Positions 18,613 to 28,635 of a stretch of 64,000 bases of DNA are shown in pieces. Position 1 is the stretch's first letter. Each line of letters begins with the position of its first letter. The position numbers were made by a program, and so were the translations under genes. Under the pieces are notes generated by a model. The model was not told where the DNA came from. It saw only the letters and a list, made by a program, of their open reading frames with translations, and did not search any database. This stretch comes from an uncultured Caldilineaceae bacterium (GTDB lineage Bacteria > Chloroflexota > Anaerolineae > Caldilineales > Caldilineaceae), in assembly GCA_942490705.1 (NCBI GenBank), contig CALNXY010000002.1:103980-167979 (forward strand), read 5' to 3'.

Positions 18613-18755
18613 TCGATGGATGACGCGTATTGACTGGCCCATCCGCCGGTGGCTTTTTGTTCAAATAGGTTGACCGCACGTGAAAGGGATGGCACTTGCG
18701 TCGCGGAATGATTACGCTGTACAGACTATTGTTCGTTTGATCAACAAGGAGATGC

Positions 18756-20147
18756 ATGATGAAGATTCGCGCACCAATTGTTGGACTATTTGTGCTGATG
18801 CTGTTCCTGCTTGCGGGCTGCACTGCGCCGGCGGCGGCCCCTGCTCCCGCGGCCGACGCTGATGCGGAAGTCAGTGAGGAAATGATGGATGAAGAGGTCA
18901 CGCTCGTCTACTGGGCCGATCCGCGCTTCCAGTTTGTCCAGGGCCTGGAAGACGAAACCCAAGAAGTTGGTGACTATGAGCAGATTCTGGCCGAGCGCTT
19001 CATGGAGATGCATCCCAACGTCACGATTGAGGTTGAGACGCTGGCTTGGGAAGAGCTGTCCACCAAGGTCGCGGCTGCCATCGCTGCCGGCGCAGCCCCG
19101 GATGTGCTTAAGGATTACCTGGGTCGTACCTCTGCTTACGCCAATCAAGGCTTGCTGGAGCCGTTGCAGGACGCAATCCCTGCAGAAGAGTATGAAGATT
19201 ACCTGCCGAGCCTGGTTGACCTCTATACCATCAACGATGAGTTACACGGTCTGCCCCTCTTCTTCTGGGTAACGCACATGTATGGCAATCAGGCCCCCTT
19301 TATGGAAGCCGGCGCCGAAGCGCTCCTGCCCGATAGCGAAACAGGCGCCTGGACTTTCGAACAGTTCGAAGAGGCGATGGCGGCAATGGCCGTTGCCGAC
19401 GAACGCTGGCCGGTGGGTCTCCAGGTCGGGAGTGAGCAGGGTGACTACAATGTGCTTGGTTTCTTCTGGGGTATGGGGGCAGAACTCTATGAAGACGGCG
19501 ACTACACCCGTAGCGCACTCAACAGCCCGGAAGGCGTCGCTGCGCTAACGAAGCTAGTCGAATGGTACGATGCTGGATATATCATTCCTGGCGCCACGAC
19601 CATGATTGGCGAGGATGTCAATAATGCGATGTACCTTGGACAGTCCGTCATCGCGGGCGGAGGCCTGAGTTCGCTGCCCGTTGCCGAAGCCGCCCAACAG
19701 GAAGGCCGCGTCACCGTCGATTGGGATCCGTTTATTTCGCTTTATCCTTCTGCTGAGGGCGTTTCGTCGGGCGGCATGGCGGCAGGTCCAACGGGCGCAG
19801 TCGTCTTCAAGCAGGATGATCCGGTCAAGCGTGAGTGGGCCATCGAATTCGCCCGCTTCCTGGCGTCTCCGGAACTGCAGGTCGAATATGCCGTCAATTC
19901 CAACCAGTTTCCCTCGCGCCTTTCCGTGCCGAACCCGTTCGAAGGCAACCCTGATTTCACCCGTGTCAATGCCTGGATTCAAGAGCATGGTGTTGAAGAC
20001 ATGGGTCTGAGTTCGCCAACCTATGCTGAGGTACGCGTGCTATTGCAGCCGGAACTGCAAGCCGCGTTGCTCGGCGCCAAAACGCCTGAAGAGGCGTTGG
20101 CCGACTACGAAGAAAAAGCGAATGCCGTCTTGGCAAGAGATCAGTAG
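18756..20147 (+). CDS. ABC transporter extracellular solute-binding lipoprotein (family 1, CUT1 sugar type)
   Basis: 463 aa. AAGGAG RBS. Signal peptide with lipobox LLAGC followed by an Ala/Pro/Glu-rich linker. It lies directly upstream of two MalF/MalG-type permease genes. The start could be 18759. Confidence 0.85.
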   Translation: MMKIRAPIVGLFVLMLFLLAGCTAPAAAPAPAADADAEVSEEMMDEEVTLVYWADPRFQFVQGLEDETQEVGDYEQILAERFMEMHPNVTIEVETLAWEELSTKVAAAIAAGAAPDVLKDYLGRTSAYANQGLLEPLQDAIPAEEYEDYLPSLVDLYTINDELHGLPLFFWVTHMYGNQAPFMEAGAEALLPDSETGAWTFEQFEEAMAAMAVADERWPVGLQVGSEQGDYNVLGFFWGMGAELYEDGDYTRSALNSPEGVAALTKLVEWYDAGYIIPGATTMIGEDVNNAMYLGQSVIAGGGLSSLPVAEAAQQEGRVTVDWDPFISLYPSAEGVSSGGMAAGPTGAVVFKQDDPVKREWAIEFARFLASPELQVEYAVNSNQFPSRLSVPNPFEGNPDFTRVNAWIQEHGVEDMGLSSPTYAEVRVLLQPELQAALLGAKTPEEALADYEEKANAVLARDQ

Positions 20148-20165
20148 TTACGATCCACGCATAGA

Positions 20166-20209
20166 CTGTGGGAGGCGGTCGAAGCGGCATGCATTGCCGC
20201 CTCCCACAG
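20166..20209 (+). promoter_or_regulatory. Intercistronic stem-loop after the solute-binding-protein gene
   Basis: A perfect 13-bp stem, CTGTGGGAGGCGG / CCGCCTCCCACAG, with an 18-nt loop, 19 nt after the stop at 20147. No U-tract follows. Confidence 0.6.
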
Positions 20210-20310
20210 ATTGCTGAAACATTCGCCCGCGTGAATAGCGGACGATCCCTCCGTACTGGCAATTTGCCTGAGTTCATGGTTGACGAACGAATCAGGAGTC
20301 TTCCCTCGCC

Positions 20311-21192
20311 ATGACAACGCTCATTAATGAAATCTGGAAAGAGCGCTGGGCCTATCTTTTTTTGCTGCCGGCGCTGATTCCATTCTTTGCGTTTATACTC
20401 TGGCCTCTGATGGCGGGGCTGCGGCTGAGCCTCTATGACGCGCAGCTGGTGGACCGGACCTTTATCGGTTTTGGCAACTTCGTCGAGCTTGCCAACGATG
20501 AAGCGTTTCGAATGGCAGTTAGAAATACCTTCTTCTTCGTGCTCGGCGTCGTGCCGGTGACCGTAACGCTCTCGCTCTTCCTGGCGCTTGTGATTTTCCC
20601 CATGCGTTCGGGCGCGCAAGGCTTTTTTCGCATGGCCTTCTATCTGCCTGTGGTTGCGTCGGGCGTGGTGTTGACGATGGTCTGGCTCTACATCTTCAAT
20701 CCGACTTACGGCTTGCTCAATTATCTATTGAGTCTGATCGGCATCGAACGCATCGCATGGCTCGGACTGATTGAGACCGCGTTGCCGTCCCTGGCCATTG
20801 TGGTGATCAGCTGGACGATTGGGGTTCCGGTCATTCTTTTTATTGCCGGTCTCGCCGGCATCCCTGAATCGCTCTACGACGCCGCCCAGATCGATGGCGC
20901 CAATGCCCTGCAGGAGCTCTGGTATGTGACCTTGCCGCTCTTGCGCCCGACAGTTCTTTTCATTTTGGTGACCCAAACGATTGGCGTCTTTCAAGTCTTC
21001 GTTGTTGTACTCCTAATGACCAGGGGGGGACCGGCAAATTCCACCCAGACCATCGTCTATCGAATCTATGAAACGGCGTTCACGTTCTTTCGCTTTGGCT
21101 ATGCATCTGCCATGGGTGTTGTATTGTTACTTATCGTGAGCATTGTTGCTGCGGCGCAGTTCAAGCTACTTGGTGAAGAGGTTCAATACTAA
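20311..21192 (+). CDS. Carbohydrate ABC transporter permease (MalF-like)
   Basis: 293 aa with six predicted TM segments and an EAA-type loop (DAAQIDGANALQELWYVTLPLLRP). Confidence 0.9.
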   Translation: MTTLINEIWKERWAYLFLLPALIPFFAFILWPLMAGLRLSLYDAQLVDRTFIGFGNFVELANDEAFRMAVRNTFFFVLGVVPVTVTLSLFLALVIFPMRSGAQGFFRMAFYLPVVASGVVLTMVWLYIFNPTYGLLNYLLSLIGIERIAWLGLIETALPSLAIVVISWTIGVPVILFIAGLAGIPESLYDAAQIDGANALQELWYVTLPLLRPTVLFILVTQTIGVFQVFVVVLLMTRGGPANSTQTIVYRIYETAFTFFRFGYASAMGVVLLLIVSIVAAAQFKLLGEEVQY

Positions 21193-21193
21193 G

Positions 21194-22102
21194 ATGGCAG
21201 AAAATTCCACGAGTGGAGCGATACCGAGCGTACCGGAAGCCGCATATCCGGATTCCAAACGAAGTCTGTGGTCATGGGCTGGCCGAGGCTTCTGGCTCCT
21301 GACCGTCCTGGCGACCATTTTGCTTGCACTCCTCTCACTGCTCCCACTCTACTGGATGATCATCGGGTCCTTCAAAATTCAGACAAACGCAATGGCCGTG
21401 CCGCCAGAATTCTGGCCGTCAAACCCGACGCTTGAGAACTGGGAACGGCTGCTTTTCGGCAGCAGCCCCACGTGGCGCTGGTTCGCAAATAGCTTCGTCG
21501 TTGCCTCACTGTCAGCTATGTTTGCCGTCTTGACCAGTGCCCTGGCCGGGTATTCGTTTGGCAAGAAGGTATTTCCTGGGCGCAATTTTCTCTTTTGGCT
21601 GATCATTATCACGATGATGCTCCCCAAACAGATCTCGCTCATTCCGCTCTTTATTCTGATGCGCAGACTTGATTGGTTTAACACTTATCAGGGGCTGATT
21701 GTGCCATGGGTTGCCTATCCTTTTGGGATCTTTCTCTTCAAGCAATATATGCAGTCCATCCCCAGTGAGTTGCTCGATGCTGCGCGCATAGATGGCGCCG
21801 GCGAGTTGCGCACCTTCTTCGGCATTGTGCTTCCCCTCTCTAAACCGGCGGTTGGCGCACTGGCGATCTTTGCCTTTGTCGCGGCCTGGAATGATTTTCT
21901 TTGGCAGTTGATTCTGGTCACAAAAGAGACCATGTTTACGCTGCCGGTAGGCGTCTCCAAATTGGTTAGCTCGCTGACCAGCTTCAATCTGGGCCTGGCT
22001 ATGGCCGGCGCAACGTTCGCTTTTGTCCCGATGCTCATCGTCTTTCTGCTCTTCCAAGATTACTTTGTCAAAGGCATTACGCTCGGCGGCGTTAAGGGGT
22101 AG
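21194..22102 (+). CDS. Carbohydrate ABC transporter permease (MalG-like)
   Basis: The ORF was trimmed to the ATG at 21194, immediately after the previous stop. EAA loop: DAARIDGAGELRTFFGIVLPLSKP. Confidence 0.9.
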   Translation: MAENSTSGAIPSVPEAAYPDSKRSLWSWAGRGFWLLTVLATILLALLSLLPLYWMIIGSFKIQTNAMAVPPEFWPSNPTLENWERLLFGSSPTWRWFANSFVVASLSAMFAVLTSALAGYSFGKKVFPGRNFLFWLIIITMMLPKQISLIPLFILMRRLDWFNTYQGLIVPWVAYPFGIFLFKQYMQSIPSELLDAARIDGAGELRTFFGIVLPLSKPAVGALAIFAFVAAWNDFLWQLILVTKETMFTLPVGVSKLVSSLTSFNLGLAMAGATFAFVPMLIVFLLFQDYFVKGITLGGVKG

Positions 22103-22108
22103 AGACCG

Positions 22109-23059
22109 ATGATCTATCGTACACTGGGACGAACCGGGCTGCGCGTCTCTGCGCTGGGACTGGGCACCGTCGAACTCGGTTTGGACTATGGGATCGATGC
22201 CCCGGGCGACTTCGGTCGCCCGACGGAATCGGACGCCATTCGGCTTGTCCACGCTGCGCTGGATGCCGGAATTAGCTTTGTCGATACCGCGCGCGCCTAT
22301 GGCGAGAGTGAACGCATACTCGGCCTTGCGCTTGCCAGGCGCCGTGCGGATGTAGTGATTGCCACCAAGGTTGATCCGCGTCGCGCCGATGGCAGCGTGC
22401 TGGAAGGCAATGCATTGCGGCGCTTCATGCAAGAGTCGCTGCAGACCAGCCTGCGGCTTCTCGGCACGGACTATGTCGACGTTTGGATGTTGCACAGCAT
22501 GGACGCTGCGCTCTTGCGCCAGAACGAGATTGTCGCTGAGGTTTTCGACGATGCGCGTCGGCGCGGTCAAATTGGGTGGACCGGCGCGTCTTTCTATGGC
22601 GTGGAGCTGCCCGAAGCAGCACTCAAGCATGATCTCTTCGACGTCATGCAGGTCACTTACTCCGTGCTTGATCAACGACTGAATGAACGGGTATTTCCCC
22701 TGGCCGCCGAGCAGAACGTCGGGATCGTCGTGCGTTCGATCTTGCTCAAAGGCGCCCTGACCGAGCGCGCCGAGCACCTCCCCCCCCGCCTAGAATTGTT
22801 ACGGACACGTTCACGGGAGTTCCGTGCATTATTGACGGCATCCAACGACGAGATGACTCCGGCCCAGGGGGCCATTCTCTTTGGTCTGGCCAATCCGCAT
22901 ATTGATACAGTTCTTGTCGGTGTTCGCACCGAAGCGGAGCTTGCAGAGGATGTTTCCGCCATGGAGATGCAGCTCTCCCCGCAGGAACTAACTGAGCTTC
23001 AAACGCTTGCGGTCGATGATGAATCCTTATTGGATCCCAGCACTTGGGGGCTTCCCTAA
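22109..23059 (+). CDS. Aldo/keto reductase
   Basis: 316 aa. LGRTGLRVSALGLGT, DTARAYG and DVWMLH motifs. Confidence 0.85.
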   Translation: MIYRTLGRTGLRVSALGLGTVELGLDYGIDAPGDFGRPTESDAIRLVHAALDAGISFVDTARAYGESERILGLALARRRADVVIATKVDPRRADGSVLEGNALRRFMQESLQTSLRLLGTDYVDVWMLHSMDAALLRQNEIVAEVFDDARRRGQIGWTGASFYGVELPEAALKHDLFDVMQVTYSVLDQRLNERVFPLAAEQNVGIVVRSILLKGALTERAEHLPPRLELLRTRSREFRALLTASNDEMTPAQGAILFGLANPHIDTVLVGVRTEAELAEDVSAMEMQLSPQELTELQTLAVDDESLLDPSTWGLP

Positions 23060-23200
23060 CCTGTTGCGCCCCCTGGGCAGGACTGGGCTATTGCCGACTG
23101 ATCGTTCGGCATTGGCAACTTCTTCAAGCTTGGCGCCATGCTGCCTGTTCTTGCTCTCGCTTCCACTATTGCCTGTTCTTGTTCCGGTTTAGGAGAATCT

Positions 23201-24268
23201 GTGGCTAACTATCGTAGCCTTGAGTGGCGGGGCGACTCGGTCCGAATGTTGGATCAGCGCCGGCTGCCTCACGAAACCGTCTATATCGACTTAGTCGACT
23301 ACACCGCCATTGCCGACGCGATCCGCACGATGGTCATTCGTGGCGCGCCGGCCATTGGTGCGGCCGCTGCCTATGCGATGGCGCTGACTGCAGCGCGCAG
23401 CGAAGCGCCTGACATGGTGACATTGCGCGCAGAGTTGACGGAGGCCGCCACAGTGCTACGCGCTGCACGGCCCACGGCAGTGAACCTTTTCTGGGCGCTC
23501 GACCGCATGCAGACTGCCATTGCTGATGAATCGCTTGCGACGCCTGACGATCTACGTGCCGCGGCGCTGCGTGCCGCCGAGGCAATCGCTGTCGACGATG
23601 TTTGGACCAATCGTCAAATCGGTCTCAACGCCATGGAACTCGTCCCCGATCCGGCGACGATCATCCATCACTGCAATACCGGCAGTCTTGCCACTGTTGA
23701 CTATGGCACGGCATTGGGCGTCATTCGTACAGCCCATGAGCAGGGCAAGGATATCCATGCCTACCTCGATGAGACCCGCCCCCGCCTGCAGGGCGCCTCG
23801 CTCTCGGCCTGGGAACTGCTTCAACTTGGCGTGCCTCATACAGTGATTGTCGACGGCGCATCGGGTCACATTATGCGGACAGTGGGGGTAGATCTTTGCG
23901 TCGTGGGATGCGACCGCGTCGCGGCCAATGGCGATACGGCCAACAAGATCGGCACCTATAACCTGGCGCTGGTCGCCAGTGCCCATGGCGTGCCTTTCTA
24001 TGTGGCTGCGCCAACTTCGACCATCGATCTCGCTACGCCGAGTGGCGATGACATCGAAATCGAGGAGCGTCCTGCGGCTGAAGTCAGCCATATTGGGACT
24101 ACACAGGTGACGCCGGCCGGGGCCAACGTAGCCAATCCGGCGTTTGACGTCACGCCGGCCCGGTACATTACCGCCATCATCACCGAAATGGGGATTGCCT
24201 ATCCGCCCTATGCAGAGAGCCTGGCGGAGATGGTCGCCAGCGCACACAGACGCCACGCCGAGGCGTAG
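23201..24268 (+). CDS. mtnA: S-methyl-5-thioribose-1-phosphate isomerase
   Basis: The ORF was trimmed to the GTG at 23201, which lies 5 nt after [33 protein letters not shown] and [18 protein letters not shown] are hallmark MtnA/eIF-2B-like motifs. Confidence 0.85.
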   Translation: MANYRSLEWRGDSVRMLDQRRLPHETVYIDLVDYTAIADAIRTMVIRGAPAIGAAAAYAMALTAARSEAPDMVTLRAELTEAATVLRAARPTAVNLFWALDRMQTAIADESLATPDDLRAAALRAAEAIAVDDVWTNRQIGLNAMELVPDPATIIHHCNTGSLATVDYGTALGVIRTAHEQGKDIHAYLDETRPRLQGASLSAWELLQLGVPHTVIVDGASGHIMRTVGVDLCVVGCDRVAANGDTANKIGTYNLALVASAHGVPFYVAAPTSTIDLATPSGDDIEIEERPAAEVSHIGTTQVTPAGANVANPAFDVTPARYITAIITEMGIAYPPYAESLAEMVASAHRRHAEA

Positions 24269-24309
24269 CGTGGCGGCATGGAGAGACCGCGCAATCCACG
24301 TTGTTTCGT

Positions 24310-24330
24310 CGGATCTGGCTGATCCGTTTT
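24310..24330 (+). terminator. Weak intrinsic terminator after mtnA
   Basis: CGGATC-TGGCT-GATCCG followed by TTTT. The stem is only 6 bp. Confidence 0.35.
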
Positions 24331-24340
24331 CGGCCAATCC

Positions 24341-26491
24341 CTATACAAAAATCATAACGGTGGCAATCAGCATCGCTGTCAAGACCACTGGCCAGAAGAG
24401 CGCCTTGGCGATCAAATTGTTGCCGAAGCGGACGATGGCGTAGTTCGGGCGATTGACCACAAAGAAGGTGTTAATCGCCACAAAGATGACCATCAGATAG
24501 AGCAGGAGATAGAAGTATTCGAGGTAGGTGAGTCCAATCGCAGCGGCGCTCTCCCTCAGGGCCGTATGCATGACCGCAATGACGAAGAAGAGCGCGGCGG
24601 TGTAGCTGAGCGCGGTCACGATCTCATCCGATTCGTCCGGCTTGCGGTCGCTGAGCACAAAGGCAAAGATCATCATGGCCGCGACCAGGGCCGGCAGCAA
24701 GAAGGCAATGAAGGGACCCAGGAAGCGCCGTCGCGAGTCGATGCCATAGGTCAACTCGGGCAGATCGCGTGTGGGGCGGTTGAGTATGCCGAGGTTGGTG
24801 CCGTAATCGACTTCGATGAAGCGGAAAGCTGAACCCGTAATCAGCCAGTCGCGGATTGAGACGGTGCTGTCCAAACCCGGCAGGAAGGTGGGCGTCGTGA
24901 CCTCGTAGGAGCCGAAATCCGGCGTCAGGATAATGTTACGCTGCATGTCCAAGGGCATGAGGCGCAGGCTGATTTCGTGACTATCGAAGGGATACTTGGT
25001 TGGATCGAAGCTTTGCTTCAGGGCTGCATTGATGCTCCACACAATCAACGTTTCGGTTTTGCGTTCTTCACGCAGCACTTCTTCGACCTGCATTGGTTCA
25101 TCGATCAACTGAGGTAGCGTGAAGCCGCCCGTGAGTTCCTCTCCTTCGACCTGGGGCACACGCTGCCACACAAACCCATTGATGACGACCGACGTCGCAT
25201 CAGGATAGCGTACAGACTGGAGGAGGACCCCGGTTGGAATCTGAATTGGCTCCTCGATGCCACGCGCCTCAAATTCACTATTCAAGTTGTCAAGGTAGCC
25301 GGCCAAACTTGCCTGATTTGAAATCGCGATGCCGTCACGCGCTACGTAGGTGCGCGCCAGGACGATAATGGCAACGATCATGATGGCTGCGATGATGGAG
25401 TAGGCGATCGAGGTGATCCATAGGCTGCGGGTGGTTGCGTTGGTCGCCCCGGCAAAGATTGCTACGAGGAGCGCCACCAAGAGGCCGCCTGTCAAGAGGA
25501 TGATCGTCAACCAGCGTAAGTGAACGCTGGCATCCAAGGCATACTCGCTTTGACTCAGTTCGACCGCCAGCGCCCAGCCCGGCGCAGCGACCGGCGTAAA
25601 GAAATCCCAGACCTCGACTTCCCCTTGGGGCTCGACGCGCTCCAGCGTGACGGTCTCACCCTGTAGCGAACGCTCCGCAGCGTCAACCAGCAGGGGATCG
25701 TCCACAAACTGTGGACTGTCGTAAAACGTTGTCGTTGCCACAAATTCGGGCACCGGGTGGGCAAGCCAGGTACCGGATTGGTTCATGAGCAAACCAAAGC
25801 CGGTTTGGCCCAGTTCCAGCCCGTCGACAAGTGCATCTACACCCTCAAGCGAGAAGTCGAGCGCCACAACGCCCGCAACATCATCGCTGTCCGGGGCAAA
25901 AAAGGGCGCCCCGTACTCGATCAGAACCTGATTGGCGCCAGCGGCCAAGAAGGGCTCTTGCCACATAGGACCATTCTCGATGGGATCAAGGTACCAGCCG
26001 GTTTGGGGCGCCTCCGGATCATCGCCCGGTGGTTGCGTATAGTCGTAGCGAGACTGCCGAATGTCCGCCACGATTTCGCCATCTTCATCACGGTAGAGAT
26101 AGATCACATGCAGGCGGTTGTCGGATGGAAACGCGTCAGGTGCAAAGGCCGCTGAGATGCCGTAGAGGTCTGGTCGTTCTTCGATCAGCGTGCGCAAGCG
26201 GCTTTCAATTGCCGCGTCGTCGAACGGCAGGGCGCCGCTCGATAAGTCATCGGCCAACGCTTCGGTGATCTCCATCGCTGAGCCGAAGGTCACATCAAGC
26301 TCTGCGGCCGCTCTGGATACCTCAGCTTGTGCATCGTTGAACGCTGCTACCGTCGACGCCCGAAGCGTATTGATGAATTGGATGATGAAGAAAATGAGCA
26401 GGGCGGCCAAAAGCGCGCTCAACCCAATGAGAACAAATTGCGCAATTCGTCGCGCGCGGTTTGTCTTGGTCGTTTCTGTATCGAATGGCAT
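24341..26491 (-). CDS. Double-Cache sensor domain fused to a pentameric ligand-gated ion channel (pLGIC/Cys-loop-like) homolog
   Basis: 716 aa. Order: TM; about 280 aa periplasmic Cache-like region (...YGISAAF..., WYLDP, ...VVALDFSL...); a TM hairpin; a beta-rich ectodomain with KYPFDSHEISLRL (equivalent to the Cys-loop FPFDxQ motif, at 24983..24994); then RRRF-preM1 and four TM helices (M1 with conserved Pro, M2-M4). Confidence 0.7.
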   Translation of the reverse strand: MPFDTETTKTNRARRIAQFVLIGLSALLAALLIFFIIQFINTLRASTVAAFNDAQAEVSRAAAELDVTFGSAMEITEALADDLSSGALPFDDAAIESRLRTLIEERPDLYGISAAFAPDAFPSDNRLHVIYLYRDEDGEIVADIRQSRYDYTQPPGDDPEAPQTGWYLDPIENGPMWQEPFLAAGANQVLIEYGAPFFAPDSDDVAGVVALDFSLEGVDALVDGLELGQTGFGLLMNQSGTWLAHPVPEFVATTTFYDSPQFVDDPLLVDAAERSLQGETVTLERVEPQGEVEVWDFFTPVAAPGWALAVELSQSEYALDASVHLRWLTIILLTGGLLVALLVAIFAGATNATTRSLWITSIAYSIIAAIMIVAIIVLARTYVARDGIAISNQASLAGYLDNLNSEFEARGIEEPIQIPTGVLLQSVRYPDATSVVINGFVWQRVPQVEGEELTGGFTLPQLIDEPMQVEEVLREERKTETLIVWSINAALKQSFDPTKYPFDSHEISLRLMPLDMQRNIILTPDFGSYEVTTPTFLPGLDSTVSIRDWLITGSAFRFIEVDYGTNLGILNRPTRDLPELTYGIDSRRRFLGPFIAFLLPALVAAMMIFAFVLSDRKPDESDEIVTALSYTAALFFVIAVMHTALRESAAAIGLTYLEYFYLLLYLMVIFVAINTFFVVNRPNYAIVRFGNNLIAKALFWPVVLTAMLIATVMIFV

Positions 26492-26670
26492 GCAGGCCGC
26501 TTTCTGACTGAAGGCGTAGGTCAGTAACTGCTTTACACCTTCGAGTTATTGGTTGATCGAATCGTACGGTTCTATACTGTCTCACGTCTCAAAAACGAGT
26601 CATGATGCTGCTGACAGGCTTGTTGCCGGTTAGCCCACGTGAGAGAAACGCTTTGGCGGGAGATCAGTTC

Positions 26671-27786
26671 ATGAAAAGTGACGCAGCCTCTCAGGCAAAA
26701 TTGACCGGCGATGACGGCCTTGACGTCGATGTCGTCGTGATTGGCGCAGGACCGATCGGCCTGGAAGTGGCCGTCGGTTTGAAGGAGGCGGGCATAAACT
26801 ACCGCCATTTTGACGCCAATCAGATCGGCCACACCATGACGTGGTGGCCGCGCAACACTCACTTCTTTAGTACCACAGAACGTCTGGCGATTGCCGGCGT
26901 GCCGATCCAAAATAACCATCAGCAGCGTATCACGGGCGAAGACTATCTCGCCTATCTGCGCAGCGTTGTGGAGCAATTTGATCTGCGCATCGAGAGCTAC
27001 GAGCCGGTCACGAGGCTCGTGCGGACAGCTACGGGCTTTGTGCTGGAGTCAGAATCGCAACATGGTCGCCGCGTTACTTCGTGTCGTCAAGTCGTCATGG
27101 CGATTGGTGACATGCACTGGGCCAATCAGCTTCGCATTCCCGGTGAAGACTTGCCCCATGTCTCCCACTACTTCCGCGATCCGCATGACTATTTTCGTAA
27201 GCGGCTGCTCGTCGTCGGCGGCAAGAATTCTGCCGTGGAGGCTGCACTGCGCTGTTGGCGTGCCGGTAGCCGGGTGACGATGAGCTACCGGCGTGAGCAG
27301 TTCGATCCACAGCGGGTCAAGCACTGGCTGCTGCCCGACCTCGAAGCTCAGTTCGAAGCCGGTACGATTGGCTTCCTGCCCAGTACTGTACCGGTTGAAA
27401 TTACGTCCGACGCTGTCTGGCTTCAGCCTCTTGATGACGCAGGCGAGCCGAGTGGCGAAATCCTGCGCCATGCAACCGACTTTGTCCTGCTGGCAACCGG
27501 CTTTCGCGGTGACCAGAGTCTTTTGGCCATGGCGGGCGTGACGCTGGAGGGCGAGAACCGCGTACCGGTCTTTGACCCTGCGACCATGGAAACGAATGTG
27601 CCCGGTCTCTATCTGGCCGGCACGGTCGCTGCCGGCGTCCAGCAGCGCTACACGCTCTTCATCGAGAATTGCCACGAACACGCCGGCAAGATTGTGCAGG
27701 CGATTAGCGGCACGTGGCCATCACGTATTGGTACGGTTGCGGCACGCACCTACGCGCTGCCTTTTGAACAGATCGCTGCGAACTGA
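26671..27786 (+). CDS. FAD/NAD(P)-binding pyridine nucleotide-disulfide oxidoreductase, YpdA-like
   Basis: [13 protein letters not shown] (GxGxxG) lies near the N-terminus if the ATG at 26671 is used; the longest ORF starts at 26602. A second dinucleotide motif is [12 protein letters not shown]. Resembles thioredoxin-reductase-like YpdA proteins. Confidence 0.65.
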   Translation: MKSDAASQAKLTGDDGLDVDVVVIGAGPIGLEVAVGLKEAGINYRHFDANQIGHTMTWWPRNTHFFSTTERLAIAGVPIQNNHQQRITGEDYLAYLRSVVEQFDLRIESYEPVTRLVRTATGFVLESESQHGRRVTSCRQVVMAIGDMHWANQLRIPGEDLPHVSHYFRDPHDYFRKRLLVVGGKNSAVEAALRCWRAGSRVTMSYRREQFDPQRVKHWLLPDLEAQFEAGTIGFLPSTVPVEITSDAVWLQPLDDAGEPSGEILRHATDFVLLATGFRGDQSLLAMAGVTLEGENRVPVFDPATMETNVPGLYLAGTVAAGVQQRYTLFIENCHEHAGKIVQAISGTWPSRIGTVAARTYALPFEQIAAN

Positions 27787-27843
27787 GACCGTAGACGATC
27801 CGTGAAACGCAAAGAACCCGACCGCGTCTTCACGCGTCACGGT

Positions 27844-28635
27844 TTACCCAAAGTCCATCAGATCCGGATCGGGCGCGCCCATGATATTATAGCCGCCATC
27901 CACGTAGAGGACTTCACCCGTAATCCCGGTGGCCCAATCGCTGAGCAGAAAGCGGCCGGCGTCACCGACGTTGCTCTGATCCACGTTGCCCATGGGCGCC
28001 ACTTCGCCCACATACTTGATACTCTTGCGGATGCTGCCAACACCCGACGCGGCAAGCGTGCGGATGGGACCGGCGCTGATGGCGTTGACGCGAATCTGCT
28101 CCTTGCCCAAATCCCAGGCTAGATACCGTACCGTCGACTCCAGGGCTGCCTTGGCGACGCCCATGACGTTATAGTTCGGGGTCACTTTTTCCGCGCCGTA
28201 GTAGGTCATTGTCAAGATGCTGCCGCCATCGGGCATGATCGCTCGGGCGCGTTGGGCAAGCGCAATCAGGCTGTAGCAGCTAATGTCGAGTGCAGTCTTG
28301 AAGCCGTCACGGCTGGTGTTGATGAAGCGGCCGGTTAACTCCTCGCGCGGGGCAAAGGCAACGGCATGGACGAGAAAATCGATGCTGCCAAAGGTGTCTG
28401 CCGCTTTGGCAAAAACCGCGTCGATGGCGGCATCGTCAGTCACGTCGCACTCTTCAACAAAGGGGCTGTTGACGCTTGCGGCCAGCGGATCCACCCGCTT
28501 CTTCAGGATTTCGCCGGCATAGCTAAAGCCAAGCGTTGCGCCTTCTTCATGCAAGGCCTCGGCGATCCCCCAGGCAATCGAATTCTTGTTGGCGACCCCA
28601 AAGATCAGGCCTTTTTTCTCTTGGAAAAGCCCCAT
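27844..28635 (-). CDS. fabI: Enoyl-[acyl-carrier-protein] reductase (NADH)
   Basis: 263 aa. [35 protein letters not shown] and [10 protein letters not shown] are classical FabI motifs. Confidence 0.9.
   Translation of the reverse strand: MGLFQEKKGLIFGVANKNSIAWGIAEALHEEGATLGFSYAGEILKKRVDPLAASVNSPFVEECDVTDDAAIDAVFAKAADTFGSIDFLVHAVAFAPREELTGRFINTSRDGFKTALDISCYSLIALAQRARAIMPDGGSILTMTYYGAEKVTPNYNVMGVAKAALESTVRYLAWDLGKEQIRVNAISAGPIRTLAASGVGSIRKSIKYVGEVAPMGNVDQSNVGDAGRFLLSDWATGITGEVLYVDGGYNIMGAPDPDLMDFG

Noticed and set aside
21512-22777. 421-aa minus-strand ORF spanning the permease and aldo/keto reductase genes
   Set aside because: It crosses a gene boundary on the opposite strand and has no recognisable motifs. 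The plus-strand genes have definitive ABC-permease EAA loops and AKR motifs.
23143-23181. 11-bp direct repeat GCCTGTTCTTG x2 upstream of mtnA
   Set aside because: It is short, occurs at only these two sites in the window, and lies in a pyrimidine-rich stretch. It is insufficient to call a regulatory element.
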